Of a stretch of 64,000 nt of DNA, positions 44,458 to 57,500 are shown piece by piece. The DNA lies in contig OZ037768.1 in the NCBI GenBank assembly GCA_964035545.1, forward strand, positions 13,029,675 through 13,093,674. The letters run 5' to 3'. The translations under genes were made by a program, and so were the position numbers. Positions within the stretch are counted from its first letter, which is position 1; each line of letters starts with the position of its first letter. The notes beneath the pieces were generated by a model that worked only from the letters and a program-made list of their open reading frames with translations, searched no databases and had not been told where the DNA came from. The stretch is from Bugula neritina (Eukaryota > Animalia > Bryozoa).

Positions 44458-46252
44458 GACTATTCAGCTCCTTTTGATTTTGGAGAGTTATTTTTTTTAT
44501 AACACTCTGCAAAAAATGTTTCTATATATCAAGACTTTGTGCTGATTCTGAATTTGCAAACTCTAAAATTGTTGATCTACCCATGCTAGAGTTATTGAGT
44601 AAAACAAGTATAAATTATGAGCACATAATATTGTAGCCTACAATATACGTAGCATCAATTATTAACTATAGCTGTCTATAAACAATAATATTTTGTCAGA
44701 TATGAAAGTAGGTTGCTTCGTTTTTAAATTCTACACGGAATATAAATTTATAGATTGCAAAACACTATATTTTTCTTATTCAAAATGAAGTTTTCAATAG
44801 AAACGCATGTCCGCTATATAATATGATCATATGACACATAATAACATTTGACAGCAGCATACGTAATAATTATATAAAAGAAGCTAGTTATGTAAGATAG
44901 AAAGTATTTTATATGAACGAGTCAAAGAATTAAATATTTAAAAGCAATATCATGGATGCATACATGTTAAAATCTTTTCAGCATTTTTTAACTCAGTCTT
45001 CTGTTGATTTGACAGTAATCTTTAAATGTAATATCTGCAATTAAGGAAGGAGATAATAGCAAAGCTTAGAGTTTTTCCTTTGAAAATATTATAGCTGAGC
45101 CAAACAAATTTTAATTCCAAGTGATTATTAAAATAAATAGTACAAAGAGTAGGCATTTTAACCAAGAACACTGTTTCGAAAATACTGTTTATATAATATA
45201 TTGTTCAATTTAAGTCTGTTGGTAAATGTTAACGAACACATAACAAAACTAGCCACTAGGATTACTTGTTTTATTGGTTTAGTTTGACAAATACAACATT
45301 TTGCCGTTACGTTTTTGGATAGAATTTCACTAAATATATTGACATTATATGCTATACACAAATAATATTATACAACTACTTTCTTTGAGGAAGCAACTCC
45401 CAAGTTTCCTTACAAATGCTTATATGCTGGTTACTACCAACACACTTAGAGGATCCTATATTATGTATCAAGTCAAGATGTGTCAAGCAGAGAGTTTTTA
45501 ATAACTCAAATGACTTTTGTCAAAGTAACAAAGTAATTAACGTTTGACAACTTAAACAACACAGACAAATTAATTCTAATAACTTCTCGTTAGAAAAATT
45601 ATGCTAATAGTTTTTAAAACTTTCTGTCACTAATGGCTGTTTGGCAAGTTTCTATAATAATCATATTTATTCATAACTGGTTTGTGGTAAAATGTATAAT
45701 CAGTGTGGTACTGACTATGCTTATCAACATTACATGCACCAGGGATTTATGTGGAATACTTAATCAACAACAAAGTATGTTTTGGTGTACACTTTATATG
45801 TGTGTATTGAACGAGAAAAATAATTTTACCCCCAAATATATTGGCACAGAATATCACACACTAAATTGCTGCTCTATAACATACAAGTGTAATTACACAA
45901 AATCGCTTGCGATAGACAAATATAAGTTGTATGTTGGAGCAAGCAGTATACACTCAACAAGTATTTAGAAATAAACATTAGGTAGGCACGTGAAAATAAT
46001 TTTAAATTTTTTAGTAATTCTACGCTAGTCGGTAGTCTAATATAGTTTTAAATCTCTTGATGTTGAAGAATCAAAATAAAAATAACAACATGATGGCTGG
46101 AAAAAGCATTGAGGTCTAAAGCACACTTCATTTTAAATAACAAAAGCTAGTTCGAGAGCCAAGAACTTATTCTTCCAATACAACATTTTAAAGACCAAAT
46201 AATGATAATAATGGTTTTATATAGTCTTCTGTAGTTTTTATATAATAGTTTT

Positions 46253-47704
46253 TCAAATTTCAGAAGGCAGAAGTATTTTCCCTTTCGCTTTTGAGACCAA
46301 AGCAAAGTGTTTATACACCTTTGATGTTACAATTCTTGTGAATTTCATTTCTTCTATTCTGTCCAAAGTCTCAAAGTCTAAAAAACACATAATACATAGG
46401 CCTATTAGATTTATCCTGCATAATTTTTTTTTGTGATGCTTTGATAAAATTCAACAACTTAGTATTTCGATCTAAGTAAAAAAGAAATAAAATAAAAAAC
46501 AAAACTATAAAACAGAAATTTTTTTACAGGATGTCAGTAACTCAAAATTAGCAAAATCATAGATTAAGGACCAAGGTTACTTGCCATAGAGGCTCTCATT
46601 TCCTGTTTGTAGCACATCATTGGTCAACTGCTTATGTTCCTGCCATGTTACACCATCATCACTTGCAATGACAATGGTTTCCTGTTCATCTTGACTAGCA
46701 GCAACATCTATTATGATAGGGCTGTAAAGGAAAAACACAGGTGCCATTTTTAAAAGCGATCACATTTTTGGTATGCACTGTGTTTGAATAAAAATGTAAT
46801 AAATTTTAATGAAAACATGAAAAAGTAATAAAAATGGAAAAAAAATTGATTTCTTTCCTACAAAACTAAATGAATGAAAGCTTACCCAATAAAGGTGGCA
46901 CAAGCAGGTTCTAGAGAGAGAATGGGGGAGATGACAGATTCACTGTTATGAAGAGAGGGCATCACTCCTTTCTCAAGGAGACGGCACACAATTCTAGTGG
47001 GTTCAGTTGCCACACCGGCTGGAATAAAAAATCGGACTTTCTCTCGGCATCCCTGGAAAAGTCCTCCTCTGGCGTTTACCAGAAAACTGATGCGGAATCT
47101 AAAGTGAGAAGCATATAATATGTCAACACAGTTAATAATTAAGTAGCTAGTAATTCATTTATATGTGCATGTGTGCATGTGTGCATGTGTGCGTGTGTGC
47201 GTGTGGGTGTGTGTTGTTATTGCAGTAGCAGTTTCCCTACATATAAAAATGCTTCTACTTCAACTATTAAAACAAACCCAATAAAACTGAAGTAATGTTT
47301 GGCAACAGTTTTAACTGCAACAATTCTTCCAAGTCAGTTATCATTACCTTTTCAATTTGTGCTTCTCACTACAAATAAAAAAGAAAAAACTGATTTTATA
47401 TAACAAATTTACAAAATGTCTTTCGTAAACCGCTTTTGAACTACATACAGCCAAAGAATGAGAAACATGCTCATTGCATTTCTTATCTACATAATATATA
47501 GAAAAAATATGTCCAATTGGTTCATATATAGTTGGGTACATATACTAAACGTACTCGGTATTTCCAAGGTTTTCATTTTTCAATGAATTGTCAGAGTTTA
47601 AATCCTTCTGAAAATGAGGTGCGCTGTGGGCCTCCTTACAAGTCTTTCTCTTTTTCGGTGTAAAGACACTCTTGCATTTTAAGCCTAAAATGAATAGAAT
47701 ACAT

Positions 47705-47740
<36 letters not shown>

Positions 47741-47984
47741 TGTGTGCGTGCGTGTGTGAGTGTGTGTGTGTCTGTGTGCGTGTGAGTGTGCGTGTGTGTT
47801 TGTGTGAGTGTGCGTGTGTCTGTGCATGTGCAGGTACGTAAGGAATTGATACTGTATCAATTATGAATATTGATTGCTGTATATATATATATATAAATTG
47901 CTGTATATATATGGTGTAGGCCATGGTACTCTGTTCTGTGCTGATGAGGGGACAAACCCCGAAACAGCTGCTGTCCACAGATTG

Positions 47985-48049
<65 letters not shown>

Positions 48050-51000
48050 CACGTTTTGAGGGTAAAGATATTGCTGGTAATTAACTAGGCCTCTAACTAT
48101 GCGCTCGTGAAATAAAATTAGCTGTGGGTTTTACCATTATGCATAGCTATAAATTAATAATAATCAATTCGAAAAATTCCCAACAATTTATTACTGCAAA
48201 TAATTGCCAGTATGAAACACAGTAATTGGTAAGTTTTTATTACCAGCAGAGGCGATGCTACGTAAAGCCCGCCTGATTTTCGATGTACAAGGTTTTGTCT
48301 TAACGCTCTGCATGCCATACACCTACAAGGAAATTATTGCATTGCTATTGTACAATCACACTAAATATACGTTTTCATGGATAGACACTTCAATAGGCGT
48401 TTATAATATACACAATAATGATATAATGTACTGCAAACACACTAACTCAATTCTCCTAATGTTGTGACCAACTTACCAAGTGAACAGTGCCTAACTACAG
48501 AACCAGTAACTATAAAAGGTCTTAAATAAACAGAATAATTGAAAAGTTATTATCCTTTTGGCAGTTACATTGATTTACATAAAAATTACCGTCTTGTATA
48601 TCTCAATGCTTAGCGAAACATGACCGATTTCTAGTAAATTACTCCAAATATTTTAAAGCTCTATCTAATCTCAGTCAGCATCTGTAACTTTCATTGATGT
48701 TATATTTACCAGGTAGCTGACTCAATGAATCAATAATTGACCAAAAACAGAACTGACATGCATTGGAAAAACGCTTATATCAAAATGAGTAAAAATGATG
48801 CACTTTTAGCTCGTGACTTAGCAGTAGACTGTGATTCAGATAAACACTAGACAGAGCCAGATTGGCTACTAATTTCCTCACATGTGCAATCAGCTTGTGA
48901 GACAAAGTTTAGATATGGTTTGATCAACTCATTGACTAATGGCCCAGAAGATGCTGTAGCAATGTTTTGCTGACACAAAATTAAATGTCAGACTAAGTCA
49001 CTGTGAACACAAGCATAACACGCGTAATGAAATATGTTTAGTCCAGGAAAACTTACAACATTGAATACTATAATGTTTCGATGCTAATCTCAAACAGTAG
49101 ATGATTTTATAACAGATACTGTAAAGGCAATGTCTACTTCTGCTTCATGTTTTGACAGAGATTTTACAATATTTACCTGATCACTATGTCTGTCACCATA
49201 CTTCAAGAGAATCTCTGCTGTGAAAGCATGGTTTGTCTGCCTGCACAGGTGCATTGGGGTTAATCCGTCCTAAAATATACCATAGCAGTAGCAACTCAAT
49301 CAAATATTCAATATTCAATACTCAAATAATATTTAATAAGAAAAGCTTTCAATTTTATGTTTTCCACTTCATGATAAGGGTCATAGTTCATGATAATAAT
49401 CAGTTGGTATAACAGTTGCAGTTGTAACATTAAGGGCACAGTTTGTGTTGTCACATTATTTTGGCAGCTTGGAGTTATCTTTTTTTATATTTGTAGTTTC
49501 TCAACTTATGAGCTGATTTAAAATAAAAGTTAACTTCCTCTTTGACAGATTCAGGACCTTGATTTAAATCATTTATAAATAAAAACTAATCAACTATTAA
49601 TCACTTATAAAATAGATATATGCTGAATAAAAAAGTAATGAAAGTTTGAATGAAGAAACTTAGAACAGCAAATGTTGAGATAGTATGCTGCCGCACTGGC
49701 AGTTGATCACAAAAAGTAACTGTAACATCGCTAGCTGTTCGGAATTGTAAACTTACTTTGGTATAGCAGTTGGGACTAGCACCATTTTCCAACAGCATCG
49801 ATACAATATCACTGAGTCCATCCTTAGCCGCAATATGTAGCGGGGTGTACCCATCTTCCGACTCTGCGCTCACTCTTGCGCCATACTCAATCAGAGCACA
49901 GACCGTATCCATGTCATCATGTTCCACAGCATAATGTAGAGGCGTGTAGCCATTCTGTAAACACAATTACTAGTAACCGTTTATGAGTCATCAGAGATTA
50001 GAATAAAGAATATAATTAACAAGATGTAAGCACTCTTACTAACATTATGATGAGGGTTTCTAGATTCGAGAAAATATAACAATTCTTTTTATAGGTTATG
50101 TAGTTCAACAGTAAGCAGAACATTAACATGGCCATTTACAATGTAGGTAATTTTTAATCATAAAAAGTAATGAAGCTAACATACATTGATCAAACAGACT
50201 CCAAAATGTTCATAATTTTGCTGAGCTATCTCAAGTTTAGCAGAATAACTCTCACCTTAGCCCTGCTGTCAGGGGAGACACCATATTTCTCCAGCAGAAG
50301 TAAAACTATTGCAGCTTGACCATGCTGAGCAGCTAGGTGCAGAGCTGTATGTCCATCATCATTTTTGAGTTCAGGCTTTGCGCCTTTTTTTAGTAACGTC
50401 CTAGTTACTGCCTGTTGATTGTTTTCAATGCTGACATGGAGAGGTGTCAATCCATTCTACAAGCACCAGCATGCACTGTGTACATTGTAACTCAAAATAC
50501 TTCAGGAGAAAATTATACATCAGAAGTGAATTTCAGAAGAACATTTATTACCAGTCCTAATCAACATACACAACTATTTGTTTTTCTCAAGTGGAGGCAC
50601 TGAATACACTAAACTGTTACCTCAGTCACAGAATGGAATAGTTTTGAATGTTTTGGAAATGAACTTATCACATTTTCATTTCCGTCTTTTGCTGCTACAT
50701 GCAGCAGGGAATAGTTATCTCTAGCCTCAGCATTCACATCAAATTCATGCTGCAACAGAAGCAGTACACTATCTACACTACTCACCACTTCAACTCTTGT
50801 TGTTACATAATAAACAAACACTATTTGTATAGCTATACAGGTTTCTTAAAGCAAAGCACCATTTCTGAAATAGTCAACCAGGAACTAAGTCCAATCAACT
50901 TAAAACTAAATGTAATTTAAGTGAAAGTCATTGCAGTGTAGTTCTACAGTTACTCCTAACTCTTTAAGTTGAGTGTGTGCTTACTGAAGATGGGTCTTCA

Positions 51001-51710
51001 TTGTCTAGAAAAGAGGGTGTATGTAGTTGACTACTACTGATCTCACTGTGATCAATAGATAGTTCCTCACTGTCAACCTCTATTTCAGATTCACTAGCTC
51101 GGCAACATACTAAAAGTGGCAAAACTGTCATGTATAAACTCAGATATATTCATTTTACAATCTGATTCAAAGAGGTCCATGGGATTTGAGTACCAGTTTA
51201 AAATATCAAATACACCATTAGCCGATATCTTAACTTTATGCCTAGATTCTAGTTACTAATTTTACTGTATCCATTTGCCCAAAACAAAATAGTAGTTCAA
51301 AAAATAATACTGTGATTTTGGTTCATTTTCATCTAATGGGATTATATTCACAAGATTGATGAGGATTTTTACTGTGTGCAAACACTTGAAAGAAAATATT
51401 TAAACTTCTGCCAGATTGGCTATAATGATGGCAAGATGATATGGTCAATTTTCCAAATAGTGATGCAGGCAGCTTTAATTAGCCAAGCTGATAAGGATAT
51501 GACAAACATTCATATGATGCAGCTACGATAAGAGTGTACATACATGTAACTCATTAATATATTTATATTGGTACAAAATCAGCTAAACCCAAGTGACTAA
51601 GATATAAAATATTGTAGTTAGACAAGTTTGCAAATTATTTAGCTTTTCATGCAAAACTTACCCAAATTGGTGATTGAGGCCCGAAAGCTTCTGAATAATT
51701 CTAATATCAT
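46253..51710 (-). CDS. Ankyrin plus ZU5 mini-ankyrin gene, copy 3
   Basis: All exons present. ZU5 exon 46886-47098 reads [24 protein letters not shown]. Confidence 0.75.
47935..47981 (+). ncRNA. Type I hammerhead ribozyme
   Basis: TCTGTG / CTGATGA / GGGG-acaaa-CCCC / GAAA / CAG-ctg-CTG / TC / CACAGA: full core with all three stems. Predicted cleavage after C47975. Confidence 0.85.
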
Positions 51711-52069
51711 TTTCGCAGTATAAGCATATTAACACTCAACATAATATTAATACAATAATGTTTTCAATAGAAATGTAGACTAATAATTATGATGTAAGCA
51801 GTTTTTGTTGTGGGTAGTATTATGATTGTGATGTCATACAACAATGGTATCCCAATTTAAATTTAGCAAATATTTAAATTTACTATTACATTAACTTCAA
51901 TATTTTATTATTAGGACTTATAAGCAACAATTGCAGGTTCTCCATATTTTACAAAGTTGTAAATAAAATGTTTTAAAAATAGTTCTTAATATACAAGTTT
52001 AGTAGCTGCATGCCAATTGGCTCTAAGTGAATGCATTTTGAATAACTTTTTCACTGCAGGTTTTTAAAG

Positions 52070-52137
<68 letters not shown>

Positions 52138-54579
52138 GCATATACTTATAAGAACAATTGAGTACTATTTATATTCTATTTTCAGCATGTTTTTTTATTT
52201 ACTTATATATGGTTGTGCATGCAGTTCACCATTATACAACTTGAGTAAATTAGAATAGTTCTAAATGTTTATTGGTAACTGTAATTATGAACGTCCCATT
52301 ATTATTGGTCTCATAAAAAAATTCAATAATTTCGATACAACATGCATGTACATAATACAGGAAAATTAATCAGTTTGTGAATATTAGGGGTAAGGGTGGG
52401 GGAGGAGGGGGGCATAACGGGGTGAAATTTGAGTTTTTCCTCTCATTCGTCTGTTTTTCATGTTACTAGTTCAATAATCTCTAATCTAAATGCTACATCA
52501 GTTGTCTATTATTGGTATCAGTTGGTTGGTTGCTTTTATTTCTTTCACAACTAGTGAAATTTTCATGACGAAAAAATGGCCCATTGTACCTCGGTACGGG
52601 GTACAATGGGCTACTGGGTGGGACACAACAAATATATTGAAACTTTGCTAATTTGGTTACATCTGATTTTTTTTTTATTTAATATTACAAATAAATAAAA
52701 GATATTCTTTCGGATCTACAGGAAAAGTCATGTTTTATCTGTACAGTTTGTGCCACCACAGATAGCAGGGGAGGCAAAATCAAATGCACAGACTCATTTC
52801 TACGGTGCCATTATCATTACTGTTTAGAACTAAAATTGTTTTCTTTCTATTTCCACTTCACACGAACTTTCATCAGAAAAAACCTTGAATAACATGTACT
52901 AAAAAGTTCCGAGCAGATTTTTTTTGTGAACTGTAGCTAAGGTGTATGGCTGAGGTTTGTGACTGGCGTGCAGAAGGAAGAGGGTGGGAGGAAATGAGCA
53001 AATCACAATTTATTTTAGTCAATTACATGTATATTTCCTCAATGATTTAATGTATAGTGAATATCATAACTATCCATTAGTAGCAAAAGCAGAGTGTTTA
53101 GCATGATGTATGAAATGGCAAATTGCTATAACCTCACCAGATGTATATGTTAGGGGAGCTTTACCTTGCAGTTTGGTAGTCTTACCATGATGTCTTTGAT
53201 ATTTTATAAAAATGTCAGAAATGGCTATATCTATAGATTTTAATATTTGAACTATTTTTTTGGGCAAACAAACTAATAACAGTGATCATGGTGCAATGAT
53301 CAGGTGGCCAATTGTGGCCCGATCAGCATGGCCTATTGTGCCCCGTGTGGCCAAGTTGAAAATAAATGTGGCTCAAGGAAAATTTATTTTAGAGTTTGCT
53401 ATTATACTGGTTAAGCAATGTAGACAAGCAATGGTAACCATATCAGTAAAATCTAGGCTTGTTACTTTTGAGTGCAAAAATTTACCAAGCTTTAGCGACA
53501 TCTTAAAAAAATTAGGTAAAAACAGTTTTTGCTGACTTGCCTCTTCAATATGTATGCTCCACGAGTGTTGAAACTACAATGGCTGAATAATTATGTCAAT
53601 ACCACTTTTTTATTAAAAAAAATCACAATTCTAATAAGTCAATAAGTTCTCACAATTTGACCGGCTTTTTGTACCCCTACGACTGTTGTACTCCCCTTCC
53701 CCTATTAAATTTTAATAACCTGTGAGAGAGTTATCTTCTCTCTACTATATTGACTGCTCTTACGAATCTCTAATGAAATTAAATTTTGTAAACTAACTTC
53801 AAACATGTCAGACTGCACTGGGTAGTCAGAAAGATACTTTATATTTCAGTAGCCTTATCAGACTTGCAGGCCATTAATGTACCCCATGTAGTGCAGAGTA
53901 ACTGTTACCCTTGCTTTGCTGTTTTTTAATGAAAACCTGAAATATCGCTTTTCTTCCGTCTTTATATTAATCTTCAAATCTCAGTTCTGATATGAATAAA
54001 TTTTTCCGTTGCTGGTGCAAGCAGTTAACTGGTCAGATTGGTTGTTGGCAAATATTGAGAAACGAGGCTTTTGAAAATATATTAAAATCTATTTGTTTAT
54101 TTTTTCCAACTGTCTCAGAATTAGTGCCACACTACTGAATTATTGATTAATAATACAAAACGAAAACATTTCCTAATCAATTTGCTTTAAAAATGATGGT
54201 TTAACATAAGCTACAACCTCTACATTTCAATTTTGAATCATTGAAATAAAACGTTAAGTTACGATGAGGATCAACGTTGAGCAAAATAAAAGGACATAAC
54301 ACCCATTTACCACATAAAATATATCCCAAGATGCATTGGTAGGACAGACAGTCTAAGATAAAAGTGCACTACATTACAACATTATATAACATGCCAAGTA
54401 AGAGGTAGAAACAGATAACAGACACTTTTAGTTCGTTACCTAACATCAATATTCTAGATTATCATAACACAAAGTCAACTAACTATTAAGACAGTGCATA
54501 TAAACAGTAATTGTCAGATTAGTATATACTTAGGTAAACTAGAGTCTAACTAGAATATTTAATGAGCCGTATCAGGGAG

Positions 54580-57500
54580 TTACGTCTCCTTTGCTTTAGA
54601 CATGTCCAGTCTGTACTGGTTTCTGCTGAAAAAATCCTTGAAACTTGATGCGTATCGATTCTTCACAACAGCCAAAGTGGTCAACAGATTACCAGAACCA
54701 AGTATAAAGAAAATGCCACTCAAAAATGGTACCTGAAGTATACAATACACACGTATCTTACAAATGATCAAATGCTCTGCATTGCATACAACTAGGTTGC
54801 AAGATATTTGTATTTGTTTATCGCATAATAGTCGATAAACATCTAATAAGCAATATTAGAGAAAAAGCTCTAGGTTACAATAAGATTGGTACTGAAAGAC
54901 ATGTTAAAAAGTCTTGCCATATGGATCAGATTTCCACAAATATTTTGCACAGTCAGCAAAGTATGGCTGTTTTGTTCTGATGTCAATTGATTGAGTTCAC
55001 TTTTTGAGTTGCAGTTTAAATTTTTATGACAAAAAATTATTATTGACAATAGTGACTGAGATTTCAAAATGAAACAATTTTATGGTAAAAGCAGCAAAGC
55101 GATTAGCAAATACAATTAATAGCTCAAGTTTCCTTCCCAACATAATATTGTGTATGACAGGTAAATCCTTCAGTGGGTTTCCACTTCACACCCTTTCAAA
55201 TGCAAAATTCTGCTCTATACAAAAGGAGCTTTGCTTAGTTGTATACTCAAAACTTTATAGCCTGACAACAGAAGCTAGCTTCTCATTCGCATTAAAATTT
55301 ATTTTTCTCCAAATCTAGTAACAGTTTTCTATTCAATAACATACTGAGAGTGCGGTCTTCTTCGGAAGGTAGAGACAAACATAATGTGTAACTATATATT
55401 TTCATTGAACATGCAAGCAGTTAAGGATATCTAATTACTAGTTTACTCACCTGCCATTCTTTCCACTCTGGTGTGAACATCAGCAAATAGAGAGTGTAGG
55501 CATTATAAAACTGGAATGCCTAGATAAAATAGTATAAGGTTGAACTTATAGCAACACAGTCAAGCATATTAGACTCAGAACATACAGAAGGTAATAAATT
55601 AGTAGAAAAGGCACTCTTGGTAATATTGTTGGTTACAGCATTGACTTTTGTAGATTATAGGCAGCTGACATGAAATTTAAATCTCAACTCCAAAGTAGTA
55701 ACAACAATAATTATAATTAGTCTTAAACATCCATAAAGCCATTAAATAACTTTTAGGAACAATGATTAAATATGATAGTTATTGCATTATGCAATTATTT
55801 AAAAATTGCTGGCCATACTTTACTTGCACTCTAACTACAACAATTTTTCATCTCTGAAATGTTCCATATTTATTTGTCATGCAAGATAAGCAACATATGG
55901 GTGACTTACATATCCGATGAAGAGAAAGGGCAGCAAGAAAGAAAACCCCCTGAACATCCAGGAGTGGAAGCCTTCTAAAGTAATAGCCATATCATTCTTC
56001 AGTCCTAAGGCTCTCAACCGATATAGGATACCAGTCTGGTAGTAGAACATGACTACCTGCACAACACCTGTCAATTAAGCAGCAAACTTTTATAGCTTAC
56101 ACAACGTGTGCCACTATTAACATAAACTATTATCAATTATTTCAGCCTTCTCTAGCCAATCACTAATAAGTCAAAACTTTCATTAACGAAAAGTGCAATG
56201 GACTGATAAATATTCTGTTATATTGCAGGAAACTGAAGGTTTCTGCGGTCCCCTGGCTAAATAGTCAAATAAACCAATCGAATAAAATCATAGAAGCCAT
56301 AAAAATCTGTTTCCTACTAAAGGACACAAACTTGCTTCGCGATTAGCTGCAGTGCTATTACACATTAGGCGCTGATATTTTCCTCAGCATTTTTTATTCA
56401 TATGTTCTTTGTGTTAAAATAATTTAAACACCTAATTTTGACTAATTAATAATATTCACAATTGATCCAAATATAACTAATTCAATTAGAAGGGCAACTT
56501 TAAAATAAATATCCTAGTTCTATTATAATGGGCAAATGTATGTCAAACAGCTGCTGCCTTCCGAGGTATGACAACTCTAAAATATATAGCATAGTTCACT
56601 TACTTAGATATGTGCAGAAAACAACAAACTGGTCTCTGAAACTCCAGTAAGTCACACCTTCAGGCCTAAAACAGCAATTTAAGCTAAATCAACAAGAAAA
56701 ATGATTGCCTTGTATATAAACTGTTGCTAAGGCAACCGTTATAATAATACAGCAACATAAAGCAATATGAGAAATACTAGATATGCATCAGTTTTGTTGG
56801 CAATGTTTATGTGTACCAGAAATTTTGAAATTATAGAATCAAACATAAGTGTAGGTTTGCTAAACTAGACAAGCAATCTGCAATCATTAGCCTTTGAACT
56901 TCACAAGTGCTGGCAGACAGATGAGAAGGGGGGCAGAGAAGAAAGATAACTAAAATCCTCAATATCAAGCTACTGAATGAAAAGTTATGTTTTCCATGAA
57001 TTGAATGAATAAATAATGGTGTGTGAGATTTTTTAAAAGTCTGAAACTAACCAGAAAAGAATTGAAATTAGTGTTCATGTGGAACATTTTTAAAAACAAA
57101 TATTTTTTCTCATATTAGTTATGTGATTAAAGAAATCAAATCAGCAGGTTTTTTAAATATTCATCTTATCCATAAAAAATTAAATCTGGAAATGATTTTC
57201 GTAAGCATTGTTGGTATTTTTGTCTGTTAAAATAGGCCATCATTAACTTTAAATTCGTTATTAAAGTTGATTCTATATGTAATTTTCTTCAATGCTTTCG
57301 GGTAGAAAAAGCATTTATAAACAATATTTAAATGATTTTTGACCATCTCGAGAATTATCAAAATTCAATTGGGCTTTTGTATGCTGATTATAAAAAATAC
57401 ATTCCAACCAAAACCTGCCATTCATGGCCAGCAACAGGAACTTCTATTCTAAACTTACCAAACCAGGAATATTCCAGCAGCAAGAGTAGTTATAAAGTGA

